A stretch of DNA of 63,976 nucleotides, filler included, from Vicugna vicugna (taxonomy: Eukaryota): NCBI GenBank assembly GCA_013265495.1. It is 80 parts of 75 records of this genome, joined end to end, with 100 filler letters (N's around TTAATTAATTAA, not from the genome) between each part and the next. Parts side by side here need not be neighbours in the genome. Positions count along the whole stretch, not along the records: positions 23,563 to 24,006 come from PNXW01015568.1; positions 24,107 to 24,813 come from PNXW01015569.1; positions 24,914 to 25,651 come from PNXW01015570.1; positions 25,752 to 26,958 come from MU060706.1; positions 27,059 to 27,438 come from PNXW01015573.1; positions 27,539 to 28,317 come from PNXW01015574.1; positions 28,418 to 29,129 come from PNXW01015599.1; positions 29,230 to 29,852 come from MU060708.1; 72 more parts are not named here. The stretch is one strand, 5' to 3'. Positions 23,463 through 35,956 of this stretch are shown piece by piece. Every line of letters begins with the position of its first letter. The stretch's first letter is position 1. The position numbers and the translations under genes were made by a program. Below the pieces are notes generated by a model. The model was not told the origin of the DNA, made no database searches, and saw only the letters and a program-made list of their open reading frames with translations.

Positions 23463-24106
23463 NNNNNNNNNNNNNNNNNNNNNNNNNNNNNNNNNNNNNN
23501 NNNNNNTTAATTAATTAANNNNNNNNNNNNNNNNNNNNNNNNNNNNNNNNNNNNNNNNNNNNCCCACAGCCACTCTCCCCTACTTGAGACAAATGGGACT
23601 GTGTCACATCTGCGTTTTTTGGACTCTTTTCATACCCTCTGTTCCTAGAAGAAACTCCAAGTTCTTCACCTGGTGAAACTCTTTGCCATGAAACTGTCAG
23701 CTCAGGGAGGGCAGGACACGCCCTCTCCCCTCGGTCCCGCCCTCTGTCAGAGCATCAGCTTGGGAGGACCTGCTGAACTACACCAGCCTGTATTCTAAAC
23801 CTTGTCTTGAGTTCTTAAAACTGCTTCACTTATCCATACAAATCCAAGGTAGATTAGAAAGATTTTAGATGTTGAGCTAGACTATTGATTTGAAGATTTT
23901 GCACTAGCAACCGGCAAGGACATGTTCAAAGATTCTGTCTTCTTAAAACCACACCCAGTTGAAAGGAGTAATTGTGGAATGTCTTCGGATTAAAGGGGAC
24001 TGTACTNNNNNNNNNNNNNNNNNNNNNNNNNNNNNNNNNNNNNNNNNNNNTTAATTAATTAANNNNNNNNNNNNNNNNNNNNNNNNNNNNNNNNNNNNNN
24101 NNNNNN

Positions 24107-24813
24107 TTAGGAAAACCCTCAGGGGAGGTGAGCTTAGGCATTCCGTTACAATACACGCGCCGCCGACTATTGTTGGAACCTCTCCACGCTCAGGGTACCG
24201 GAAGCAATCTCAGTCCGTGGGGTAGCCCGAGAGACAACACCACGCAGATCTCTTCAGTCACAGGTGGGTTCCCTGTTCGAGGAAGTCCGAACAATAACTT
24301 TTCTGACTTGGGGAGACAGCCTCTGTCATTGGGAATGCCTGCAAACCCCCCTAGCATTCCCTGGCAGAGATAATAGGAAAACCCTCAGGGGAGGTGAGCT
24401 TAGGCATTCCGTTACAATACACGCGCCGCCGACTATTGTTGGAACCTCCCCACGCTCAGGTTTCCGGAAGCATTCTCAGTGCGTGGGGGATCTCGAGAGA
24501 CAACTCCACGCAGCTCTCTTCATTCACAGGTGGGTTCCCTGTTCGAGGAAGTCCGAACAATAACTTTTCTGACTTGGGGAGACAGCCTCTGTCATTGGGA
24601 ATGCCTGCAAACCCCCCTAGCATTCCCTGGCAGAGATAATAGGAAAACCCTCAGGGGAGGCGAGCTTATGCATTCCGTTAGATCCCAGTAGATGCCGACC
24701 ATTGGTGGAACCTCCCCACGCTCAGGGTTCCGGGAGCATACTCTGTGCGTTGTGGAGCTCGAGAGACAACTCCACGCAGCTCTCTTCAGTCACAGGTGGG
24801 TTCCCTGTTCGGG
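24107..24813 (+). repeat. Satellite A, 266-bp variant subfamily
   Basis: GTGAGCTTAGG at 24128 and 24394; diagnostic CAGGTGGGTTCCC in all three units. Confidence 0.94.
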
Positions 24814-25380
24814 NNNNNNNNNNNNNNNNNNNNNNNNNNNNNNNNNNNNNNNNNNNNTTAATTAATTAANNNNNNNNNNNNNNNNNNNNNNNNNNNNNNN
24901 NNNNNNNNNNNNNAAAAAAAGATGGGCATGGGCCAAATGGCAGGATGTATGATTATACATCTTGTGAACAGCAGGGGTCCTTAGGGCAGAGAGAAGAGCA
25001 GGAACCCCTGGACTGATAAGAAATCACACACTTTGGGGTGACAAGTGGCCTGGAGGCAGGCAAAGAATGGCGAGGAAAGGCAGGGATCTTCAGCATCCGA
25101 ATGAGCCACAAACTAATGCTTAATGTCGTAATCAGGGCAGCAAAACATATCTTTTATCCTTTGTTTTGTTTTGAGTTCAAGAAGAAAATCTGGCTCCAGC
25201 AGAGCACATGAATGAGATGTGTCACAGCTGAGGAATCTGGCTCACAGCCCATTGCTCAGTTGAAAGGTAAAGGAGACCCTAGGTCATGAACACTTAGCTT
25301 TGCGTAGAGAAATTACCTGGTTATATCCTCCCTCAGATGTGCCACGTAGCATGTTCACAATTTCCTGGAACATGTAACTG

Positions 25381-25651
25381 TGCCCAAAGACAACAGAGGG
25401 CCACGGACAAGTGGCTTCTGTGCTCCAAGAGTTGATATTTGCAGTCTTTTATAAGAGAGGGTGACCTTTTACTGCTTGTGCTGGTGTGACATTGGGCACA
25501 AGGGGGTTGCAGGGTGTGTGATCAAATTGTGCACAAGTTTCTGATTGGCTGATGTTGAGGTGACAGGGAAGGAAGGGTGCTGTGATGGGGGAGGAGACAT
25601 TCGACTCTGGCAGGGGGTGTCACCAGTCCAGATGGTCAGGCCTCCGGGCAT
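25381..25651 (-). mobile_element. ERV LTR fragment
   Basis: Minus strand has CCAATCAGAAACTTGTGCAC...ACCCTG (as in the 29422 LTR), followed by TATAAAA. Confidence 0.6.
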
Positions 25652-25751
25652 NNNNNNNNNNNNNNNNNNNNNNNNNNNNNNNNNNNNNNNNNNNNTTAAT
25701 TAATTAANNNNNNNNNNNNNNNNNNNNNNNNNNNNNNNNNNNNNNNNNNNN

Positions 25752-26958
25752 GTGTGTGCTGGAGGTGGGGAATCAGAGCCCACGCATCTTTATGTGTGCG
25801 CAGGTTTTCCAAGGTTGGGGAAGAAGTTTCAAATCCTCCACTGCCCAAAGTGATGCACTCGCTTATTCTTCGCTTTAGAGCCCATTCCCCACCATCGCTC
25901 ACTGCTAGGTCTAGGAAAAAACTTAGGGAAGTCAAGCTGAGNNNNNNNNNNNNNNNNNNNNNNNNNNNNNNNNNNNNNNNNNNNNNNNNNNNNNNNNNNN
26001 NNNNNNNNNNNNNNNNNNNNNNNNNNNNNNNNNNNNNNNNNNNNNNNNNNNNNNNNNNNNNNNNNNNNNNNNNNNNNNNNNNNNNNNNNNNNNNNNNNNN
26101 NNNNNNNNNNNNNNNNNNNNNNNNNNNNNNNNNNNNNNNNNNNNNNNNNNNNNNNNNNNNNNNNNNNNNNNNNNNNNNNNNNNNNNNNNNNNNNNNNNNN
26201 NNNNNNNNNNNNNNNNNNNNNNNNNNNNNNNNNNNNNNNNNNNNNNNNNNNNNNNNNNNNNNNNNNNNNNNNNNNNNNNNNNNNNNNNNNNNNNNNNNNN
26301 NNNNNNNNNNNNNNNNNNNNNNNNNNNNNNNNNNNNNNNNNNNNNNNNNNNNNNNNNNNNNNNNNNNNNNNNNNNNNNNNNNNNNNNNNNNNNNNNNNNN
26401 NNNNNNNNNNNNNNNNNNNNNNNNNNNNNNNNNNNNNNNNNNNNNNNNNNNNNNNNNNNNNNNNNNNNNNNNNNNNNNNNNNNNNNNNNNNNNNNNNNNN
26501 NNNNNNNNNNNNNNNNNNNNNNNNNNNNNNNNNNNNNNNNNNNNNNNNNNNNNNNNNNNNNNNNNNNNNNNNNNNNNNNNNNNNNNNNNNNNNNNNNNNN
26601 NNNNNNNNNNNNNNNNNNNNNNNNNNNNNNNNNNNNNNNNNNNNNNNNNNNNNNNNNCCCCCACACTCCGGCCTTGACAAGCCATTATTGAAGACAAGTA
26701 AATGTATTGTATTAGAACCCAGGCGCTGCTGTAAGTTGGAGGATCCTCCCCACACTCAAAATATCTGAGCCAGATATCGTGTTTGTGCTGGAGGAGGGAA
26801 ACTGAGTCCACACATCTTTATGGGGGCACAGGTGTTCCCAGGTTGGGGATATACTTTAACCACCTCCAATGCCAAAGGTAGGAACTCGCTAAATCTTGGT
26901 TTTAGAGCACAAACCATAACTTCGCTCAAAACACGGCCAAGGAAAATACTCAGGGAAG
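25752..26958 (+). repeat. Satellite D
   Basis: D monomer types on both sides of the gap. Confidence 0.92.
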
Positions 26959-27058
26959 NNNNNNNNNNNNNNNNNNNNNNNNNNNNNNNNNNNNNNNNNN
27001 NNTTAATTAATTAANNNNNNNNNNNNNNNNNNNNNNNNNNNNNNNNNNNNNNNNNNNN

Positions 27059-27438
27059 CGAGTGCCTCCCCACGGGATGTGGAGGACTTTAAACTGCAAT
27101 CCAAAACTTGGGAATTACTGTGACCCCTGAAAAATGCGTGATCTATGTTTCCCCACGTCCAGCACACACACAGAGACGTGCTCAGGTATCCTGATTGTGG
27201 GGAGGCTCCTCCAAATGACAGCAACGCCTGGGTTCTAATAGAATTCCTTAGCTTGTATTCCTTGAGTGTGTCCCTATGAGGAGTTTGGCTTGGAGGCCAA
27301 GTAGCAGCAACTTCCCCCCGATGGAATATGGAATTATTTAGAGGACTTCTCCCTAATGGGAACATGTGTGACTCCATTCATCTACCTGGATTTTGGATCC
27401 ACATCTCCCCGCCACACAAGGTTGGCTTCCGGAATTCT
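27059..27438 (-). repeat. Satellite D
   Basis: CTCAGGTATCCTGATTGTGGGGAGGCTCCTCCAAATGACAGC matches 1250-1290 reversed. Confidence 0.9.
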
Positions 27439-27538
27439 NNNNNNNNNNNNNNNNNNNNNNNNNNNNNNNNNNNNNNNNNNNNTTAATTAATTAANNNNNN
27501 NNNNNNNNNNNNNNNNNNNNNNNNNNNNNNNNNNNNNN

Positions 27539-28317
27539 TGACCTTGGGGAGGCAGCCTCTGCCACTGGGATTTCCTGCAAACTGCCCTAGCATTCCCTGG
27601 TACAGGGACATTTGGAAAACCCTCAGGGGAGACGAGCTTAGGCATTCCGTTAGAACCCACGCGCTGCCGACCGTTGGTGGAACCTCCCCACGCTCAGGAT
27701 TCTGCAGTCGTTGTCAGTGCGTGGGGGAGCTCGAAAGGCAACTCCACGCAGCTCTCTTAAGTCACAGGTGTTCCCTGTTCGGGGAAGTCCGAGAAATACC
27801 TTCCCTGACATTGGGGAGGCAGCCTCTGACACTGGGAAATCCTGCAAACCTAGCATTCCCTGGCACAGAGACATTACGAAAAGCCTCAGGGTAGACGAGC
27901 TTAAGCATTCCGTTAGAACCCACGCGCTGCCGAACGTTGGTGGAACCTCCCCACGCTCAGGATTCTGCAGCCGTTGTCAGTGCGTGGGGGAGCTCGAGAG
28001 GCAACTCCACGCTTCTCTTTTCAGTCACTGGTCTTCCCCGTTTGGGGAAGTCCGAGAAATAACTTAGCTGACCTTGTGTAGGCAGCCTCTTTCACTGAGA
28101 TATCCTGCAATCCCCCCTAGCATTCCCTGGCACAGGGAAATAAGGAAAAGCCTCAGGGGAGACGAGCATATGCATTCCGTAAGAACCCTCACGCTGCCGA
28201 CCGTTGGTGGAACCTCAACACTCTCAGGAATCCGCAGCCGTTGTCAGTGCGTGGGGGATTTCGAGAGGCAATTCCACGCAGCTCTCTTCAGTCACAGATT
28301 TTCCCTGATCGGGGAAG
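27539..28317 (+). repeat. Satellite A
   Basis: About three tandem units. Confidence 0.95.
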
Positions 28318-28417
28318 NNNNNNNNNNNNNNNNNNNNNNNNNNNNNNNNNNNNNNNNNNNNTTAATTAATTAANNNNNNNNNNNNNNNNNNNNNNNNNNN
28401 NNNNNNNNNNNNNNNNN

Positions 28418-29129
28418 CTAGGATCTGTGTTGTATATTCTATATTCTATATTCTGTATTCTGAATTCAATTTTCTAAATTGTGGTATCTGTGTCATGTAT
28501 TCTATATCCTATATTCCGTGTTCAACATTCTGTATTCTACATATTATTTTCTGTATACCATATTCTATATTCTGTGTTCTGCATTCCATGTTCTGAAATC
28601 TGTGTTCTGTATTCTGCATTCTATATTCTATACCATATGTTCTACATTCCTTGTTCTAATTTCTAGTTTCTGTATTCTATATTCTATATTCTCTGTTCTA
28701 CATTCTATATTCTACATCTTTTCCTGTATTCTACATTTTTTATTCTGTTTTCTGCATTCCATATTCTATGTTGTGGGTTCTGTTTTGTGTATTCTATATT
28801 CTATAGTCGGTGTTCTGCATTCTGTATGCTACATTCTGTATTATGTATTCTGTATCCTATATTCTAAATCCTGTGTTCTGAATTTCATATAATAAATTCT
28901 GTGTTTTCTGTTCTATATTCTATATTCTGTGTTCTATATTCTTTATTCCACATTTTATTTCTGTATTCTATATTCTATAGTCAGTGTTCTGCATTCTTTA
29001 TGCTACATTCTGTATTATGTATTCTGTATCCTATATTCTAAATCCTGTGTTCTGAATTTCATGTAGTAAATTCTGTGTTTTGTTTACTGTATTCTATATT
29101 CATATTCTGTGTTCTAAATTCTGTACTCT
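28418..29129 (-). repeat. Satellite E, more diverged
   Basis: (ATATTCT)n periodicity; internal ~174-bp repeat (28811 vs 28985). Confidence 0.93.
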
Positions 29130-29421
29130 NNNNNNNNNNNNNNNNNNNNNNNNNNNNNNNNNNNNNNNNNNNNTTAATTAATTAANNNNNNNNNNNNNNN
29201 NNNNNNNNNNNNNNNNNNNNNNNNNNNNNAATACTAGTGGAAAGTTGGGTTGGCCGTCCTGAAGTTGGGTTTTGACCTTTAGCCATGGGGACCTGGGAGA
29301 CCAATAATCGAGGTGGGTGTCTTGCTTAAAAGGAAGATTTGCTTGATGCCCAGCTGGAGAGGGGGTGAATTTGTGTCTGGGGCTTCATAAAATCTGATTT
29401 TGCTACAGGTGACCATGATAT

Positions 29422-29852
29422 TGTCACCGAGCAGGACCCCGTGGCTCCTCCCAGGGTCAGACCCCTCCCCGTGTCCTCCCCTGCAGCTCCTCCCTGAAGG
29501 ACCCAGGCCATAGCACCTCTTGTGTATTTCCTGAGTGTTTCAGATGCTCAAAACCACCCCCAAAGGGAAGACATCAACTACTTGGTGATGGAGAGCACGT
29601 GGCCCCCAGACCTTCTGGTGCCTGGTGCGTGATGGTGTTGACCCCTTGTTTGCCATATTGACCAATCAGAGGATTGTGCACGAGCGGGTCATGCACCCTG
29701 AGACCCCCCCACCTCACCTGGCTCTTAAATATGCTTTGCTGAAACCCTTCGGTGAGTTTGGGGTTTCCTTAGAAAACATGAGCCACCCCGTCCTTGCAAT
29801 CAACCTTTCTCTGCTCCAAACTCAGGTTTCAGCTTGCTTGGCCTCAGGGTGC
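29422..29852 (+). mobile_element. ERV1-like LTR
   Basis: Starts TGTCACCGAGCAGG; contains CCAATCAG box, TTAAATA TATA-like element and AATCAA polyA-like signal followed by CCTTTCTCTGCTCCAAAC. Confidence 0.7.
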
Positions 29853-29999
29853 NNNNNNNNNNNNNNNNNNNNNNNNNNNNNNNNNNNNNNNNNNNNTTAA
29901 TTAATTAANNNNNNNNNNNNNNNNNNNNNNNNNNNNNNNNNNNNNNNNNNNNCCAGTTAAACGTGTAAGAATGGAATGAAATCACCATCAAGGAACAAG

Positions 30000-30240
30000 T
30001 TCATGTCTTCCTGCTACAAGGAATGCAGTTGAGATGGCTGGGCACCCGCAGCCTTCTTGGACCATGAAGTCACCTTGAAGATTGGTGCTCTGTTCTGGGA
30101 TGATGGAGCAGGAAGATGGAAGGAACCTGGATTCTGACTCGGGCACAGAATAACATCGTTATTCCTTGCCCCTAACACCTTGTCTCCTGGTTTATTGACC
30201 TGATGTGCGGTAAGCAGAATGAGTTTAGACTTGGTGACAC
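30000..30240 (+). mobile_element. MLT1 (MaLR LTR, MLT1J/K-like)
   Basis: GGAATGCAGTTGAGATGGCTGG...GCAGCCTTCTTGGACCATGAAGTCACCTTGAAGAT...GGAAGGAACCTGG is typical of MLT1J/K. Confidence 0.75.
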
Positions 30241-30609
30241 TTGGTGGGACTCCTCAGACCTTCGCTGGGACTAACACGGAGGTTTTCAGTAAGGCCCATC
30301 TGAGGCCTCTTTCCCTGATGATCTTCATTCCCTTGCAAAATAACTACTGCCTGTCCTGCTATTTGAAAATAACTTATTTTAAACTGCAAGTAGAGATTTC
30401 TAGCTACATTTTTAAAACCACACTGGAAAGGGAGATTTATTAATCATTTATCAGTTAGAGGCAAATCACTTCATATTTAATATTATTTAAATCAGAGTGT
30501 TTAAACATTNNNNNNNNNNNNNNNNNNNNNNNNNNNNNNNNNNNNNNNNNNNNTTAATTAATTAANNNNNNNNNNNNNNNNNNNNNNNNNNNNNNNNNNN
30601 NNNNNNNNN

Positions 30610-31362
30610 TATATTCTAAATTCTATTTTCATTATTCTGTATTCTATATTCTAATTTCTATGTTCCGCATTCTATATTCTAGATGATATATTAAGTATTC
30701 TGTATTCTATAATCTAAATTCTACTTTATTCCGCATTCTATGTTCTAAATTCTATATTCAGTTTTCTGTATTCTACAATCTAAATTCTGAGTTCGGCTTT
30801 CTATGTTCTAAATTCTGGGTTCTATATCCTGTTTTCCATATTCTAAATTCTGTGTTATACATTCTATATTCTAAATTCTATATTCAGTATTCTTTATTCT
30901 ATATTCTAAATTCTGTGTTCTGCATTCCTGTTTATAAATACTTTATTCAGTATTCTGCATTCTATATCCTAAATTCTGTGTTCTGCATTCTATGTTCTAA
31001 AGTCTATATTAAGTATTCTGTATTCTATATTCTAAATTCTCTGTTCTGCATTCCATGTTCTAATTTCTAGGTTCTGTATTCTGATTTCCATATTCTATAT
31101 TCTGTATCCTATATTCTATATTCTGTATTCTATATTCTGCATTCCGTATTCTATATTCTATATTCTGTGTTCTACGTTCTATATTCTAAATTCTATATTC
31201 AGTATTCTGTATTGTATATGTTAAATTCTGTGTTCTGCATTTCATGTTCTATATTCTGGGTTCTAAATTCTGTTTTCCATATCCTAAATTCTGTGTTCTA
31301 TATTCTATATTCTGTATTCACTATTCTGAATTCCGTATTCTACATTCCATATTTTGTGTTCT
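30610..31362 (-). repeat. Satellite E
   Basis: (ATATTCT)n with the same variants as 5797-6950. Confidence 0.96.
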
Positions 31363-31462
31363 NNNNNNNNNNNNNNNNNNNNNNNNNNNNNNNNNNNNNN
31401 NNNNNNTTAATTAATTAANNNNNNNNNNNNNNNNNNNNNNNNNNNNNNNNNNNNNNNNNNNN

Positions 31463-31744
31463 TGCTCTCAACTCAGGAATGCATGTTTGTCGAATCCGTA
31501 ATTTATGAAGTATGTACGGAACACGGAATATAATGTAGATGGAATCTAGTCAAATTTCATATCTCCAGTGTAGAATCCGCACCAAGAGTGTTTTTCTGGG
31601 ATCAAACTGTGATTCTTTCAACTGGTGATAGGAAGAAGCTACGAAGTCAAAATAATTATTTCAGAATGCATAGCTAAATATTTTGGTGGTTAAAACAGCA
31701 GTCATACGCATGTTCACGACTCAGAAATGCATGTTTGAGGAATC
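31463..31744 (+). repeat. Satellite C
   Basis: Colinear with the C subunits at 3535-3760. Confidence 0.92.
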
Positions 31745-31911
31745 NNNNNNNNNNNNNNNNNNNNNNNNNNNNNNNNNNNNNNNNNNNNTTAATTAATTAA
31801 NNNNNNNNNNNNNNNNNNNNNNNNNNNNNNNNNNNNNNNNNNNNCAGGTAGAGTGGGAGAGGGGCTTCCTGGAAAGAGCAGCAGGAGGCGCTCTATGACA
31901 GGAGATGGTGG

Positions 31912-32032
31912 CCATGCCCACTTCATGCAGTTGTTGAGGATTCAATTAGTCATAGTCAGTGAATACAAGTCAGGACAGTGGCTGGCACATAGTAATCACT
32001 CAGCAAGTGTCATTAAGTAGTATTATTATTAT
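31912..32032 (+). mobile_element. MIR 3' end
   Basis: GTTGTTGAGGATTCAATTAG...ACAGTGGCTGGCACATAGTAATCACTCAGCAAGTGT...TATTATTATT. Confidence 0.8.
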
Positions 32033-33021
32033 AAGGGCTCAAAGCTGGGGCTTACTTCAGGACCAGGTTGTTGAAGCATCCACATCAGCGCAGCTCCCTG
32101 ATTCCCTGTAAAAGCAAAGTACAGAGCCTTCATCTCACAAGGGTGGGGCGGAAATAACTCCCTTGAATCTCTACATCCCTTGGAACTGGTTTGCTCTCCT
32201 GCCCCTTCTTATCCTCCTTTTCCCCTTAAGCTTTTTAATTTTGCATGAAAAATTGAACCATAGACTATCTGTTAGACCATGAAACAAGACTCAGAAATTC
32301 ATGGTTTGAAATCACGTAGTCAGGAAGGTGCTGTGCAGTAGAGGTCCCCACGGTGATGAAGGTGCTCCATGCGTGCTGTGTGATGGCTTCCGTGCTGCGC
32401 GGTGTAGCTGGAGAGCGGGGCTCAGCCCGCGACCCATGCTTACATNNNNNNNNNNNNNNNNNNNNNNNNNNNNNNNNNNNNNNNNNNNNTTAATTAATTA
32501 ANNNNNNNNNNNNNNNNNNNNNNNNNNNNNNNNNNNNNNNNNNNNCAACTATTACTTCTTTAAATAAACCAGCAGCTACCTTCTAACTTTATTCTCCCTC
32601 CAGGATTTCACTCAGGAGTGCACTTCCTGAAGAAGTCTGATGTCTATTGTAGAATTTCCTCACTTTTTAATATCCTTTATCTCTGCACCCTTCTATTGTT
32701 CCTAGTTTTTTATTGGTGAGTTTTCTAAACTCTCTTCCACAAAGGCAGTCCGCTTCCAATGCTTTCTGTTGCATTCTTCATCTCATTTACTAGTTCATCT
32801 GGTCTAGTTCATCTGGTCCTCCAATAATGTTTCGTTATTTTATAGTTCCAGTCTCTTTAGTAATGTATTCCTATCAGCATTTAATTTATTACTAAGCTCT
32901 CTGAACTGCTATCTGAGTTTTGTTTTTTGTATTGAGTTTCTGTGTGACAACTATTCGGGTACTGTATTAGTTATATGGCAATATACCGTGACTTTAAGTT
33001 TGTTTGCTGCAGGGTTGAAAC

Positions 33022-33104
33022 TGTGTGTGTGTGTGAGCATGTGCGTGTTTGTGTGTGTCTGTAAAAAAAAATGTCTGTTCCTGTGTAACTTTGTGTGTGT
33101 GTGC
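33022..33104. repeat. Imperfect (TG)n microsatellites
   Basis: Interrupted TG runs. Confidence 0.75.
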
Positions 33105-33559
33105 CCTATAATTTTATTGTGATTGGTCATCGTCTTGGTAAATTATTGCTCTGATGACACTAAATAACAGATTGGGAGTTGGAGACCTTGCTTTTTTTAT
33201 CTGATAGATTGCAATATTGTGCAATATTTCATTTTACTTAATTGAGCTAACTCTGATAATATTTCAAAATGGCACTTTCCAGTCGCTACTGTCTGGATAA
33301 AAGCTGTGCTTTCATTGTCACTTCTTAGACTTCTCTGTTAGTTAATGCCACTGTTGTCACTGGTATATTGAACCCTCCTTTTATCTGATATCCCTTGAGA
33401 CACAGCGTACACACTGAGGAAATGTGTAAAGACAGGTGGGTAGTTGGAATCAGGCAAGTNNNNNNNNNNNNNNNNNNNNNNNNNNNNNNNNNNNNNNNNN
33501 NNNTTAATTAATTAANNNNNNNNNNNNNNNNNNNNNNNNNNNNNNNNNNNNNNNNNNNN

Positions 33560-34259
33560 TCTGGTGCCAAATGTCCGATTTTAGAACCTGGTGATAGAAA
33601 AACCATATGAGTTAGAGTAAATATTTCTAAGTGAATATATGCCTTGTTGGTGGATGAAAGGTCAGTAATCCACATGCACACAAGTCAGAAACTCATGTTT
33701 TCCGAATCCGTCATGCATGTAGCATGTACGGATCCCAGAATACCATGTTGATGGAATTCATGTAAATTACATATCTGTTAGNNNNNNNNNNNNNNNNNNN
33801 NNNNNNNNNNNNNNNNNNNNNNNNNNNNNNNNNNNNNNNNNNNNNNNNNNNNNNNNNNNNNNNNNNNNNNNNNNNNNNNNNNNNNNNNNNNNNNNNNNNN
33901 NNNNNNNNNNNNNNNNNNNNNNNNNNNNNNNNNNNNNNNNNNNNNNNNNNNNNNNNNNNNNNNNNNNNNNNNNNNNNNNNNNNNNNNNNNNNNNNNNNNN
34001 CTATTCAAATTACATATCCCTATGGTATAATTCGCCCCAAGAGAGTTTTTTGGGATCAAAGTGTGTTTCTTGAAACTGGTGAAAGGAAGAAGGTACGAAG
34101 TCAAAGTAAATATTTCAAAGTGCATAGGTAACTTGTTTGGTGGTTGAAACATCAGTCATGCGTATGTTCAAAAACTCAGAAATGCATGTTAGAGGAATCC
34201 GTGATGCTTGAACTTGTTCAGAATACGGAATGCCACGGTTATGTAAATAATGTAAATTA
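33560..34259 (+). repeat. Satellite C
   Basis: C subunit motifs on both sides of the gap. Confidence 0.93.
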
Positions 34260-34769
34260 NNNNNNNNNNNNNNNNNNNNNNNNNNNNNNNNNNNNNNNNN
34301 NNNTTAATTAATTAANNNNNNNNNNNNNNNNNNNNNNNNNNNNNNNNNNNNNNNNNNNNCCTCGGACACACTTTGATAGCTGCTGCCCTACCCTAGGCGA
34401 GACTTTCCTACAGAAGAGCCAGGCAAGGGTCCTGACTTCTTTAATGAGTTACCGCAGCAACACCCCTCCCTTCTCTGTGTTAATGTTTTCCACAACCTCC
34501 ATTACTGCAGATGAGGATGTAATCCTCAAGTGGGGCCTTTAATCCCAGAAGTCNNNNNNNNNNNNNNNNNNNNNNNNNNNNNNNNNNNNNNNNNNNNNNN
34601 NNNNNNNNNNNNNNNNNNNNNNNNNNNNNNNNNNNNNNNNNNNNNNNNNNNNNNNNNNNNNNNNNNNNNNNNNNNNNNNNNNNNNNNNNNNNNNNNNNNN
34701 NNNNNNNNNNNNNNNNNNNNNNNNNNNNNNNNNNNNNNNNNNNNNNNNNNNNNNNNNNNNNNNNNNNNA

Positions 34770-34996
34770 ACCCGGATACCGCTTCATAAATGATGGGTCC
34801 TCCGCCTGCCCTTCCCGGGGATTCTGGGAGGCCGCGGCCACCCAGGGCTACCCGGACTCGCGGCCCCAGCCCCAGCGCCCGAGGGGGAGGAAAGCCCGAG
34901 GCTATGACCCAGCACTTTCCACCCCGCCCCAACCCGCTCCCCGGCACCACTGCAACTCCCCGGCCGCCACACCAACCCGGATCCCACCCCGGACCA
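34770..34996. promoter_or_regulatory. CpG-island-like fragment with GC box
   Basis: Very GC-rich with many CpGs; CCCCGCCCC at about 34922; no linked gene visible. Confidence 0.45.
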
Positions 34997-35096
34997 NNNN
35001 NNNNNNNNNNNNNNNNNNNNNNNNNNNNNNNNNNNNNNNNTTAATTAATTAANNNNNNNNNNNNNNNNNNNNNNNNNNNNNNNNNNNNNNNNNNNN

Positions 35097-35856
35097 GGGA
35101 TATCCTGCAAACCCCCGTAGAATTCCCTGGCACAGAGATATTAGGAAAACCCTCAGAGAAGGCCAGCTTAAGCATTCCGTTAGAACCCACGCGCTGCCGA
35201 CCGTTGTTGGAACCTCCCCACGCTCAGGATTCCGGAACCATTGTCAGTGCGTGGGGGAGCTCGAGAGACAACTCCACGAAGCTCTCTTAAACCACAGGTG
35301 TTCCCTGTTAGTGGAAGTTCGAGAAATACATTCCCTGACCTTGGGGAGGCAGCCTATGACATTGGGATATCCTGCAATCACCCCTAGCATTCCCTGGCAC
35401 AGAGTAATTAGGAAAACCCTCAGGGGAGACGACCTTAAGCATTCCGTTTGAACCCACGCACTGACGACCGTTGGTGGAACCTCCCCACCATCAGAATTCC
35501 GGAAGCATTGTCAGTGCGTGGGGGAGCTCGATAGACAATTCCACGCAGCATCAGTGTTCCCTGTCCGGGGAATTTCGAGATATAACTTCCCTGAAATTGG
35601 TTAGGCAGCCTCTGTCACTGGGATATCCTGCAAACCCCCCTAGCATTCCCTGGCACAGAGGCATTAGGGAAACCCTCAGAGGAGTCGAGCTTAGGCAATC
35701 CGCTAGATTCCATGTGCTTCCGACCTTTGGTGGAACCTCCCCAATCTCAGGATTCCGGAACCATTGACAGTGCGTGGGGGAGTACGAGAGACAACTCCAC
35801 ACAGCTATCTAAAGTCACAGGTGTTCCCTGTTCTGGGAAGTCCGAGAAATACATTC
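35097..35856 (+). repeat. Satellite A
   Basis: About three units, one with an internal deletion near 35548. Confidence 0.95.
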
Positions 35857-35956
35857 NNNNNNNNNNNNNNNNNNNNNNNNNNNNNNNNNNNNNNNNNNNN
35901 TTAATTAATTAANNNNNNNNNNNNNNNNNNNNNNNNNNNNNNNNNNNNNNNNNNNN

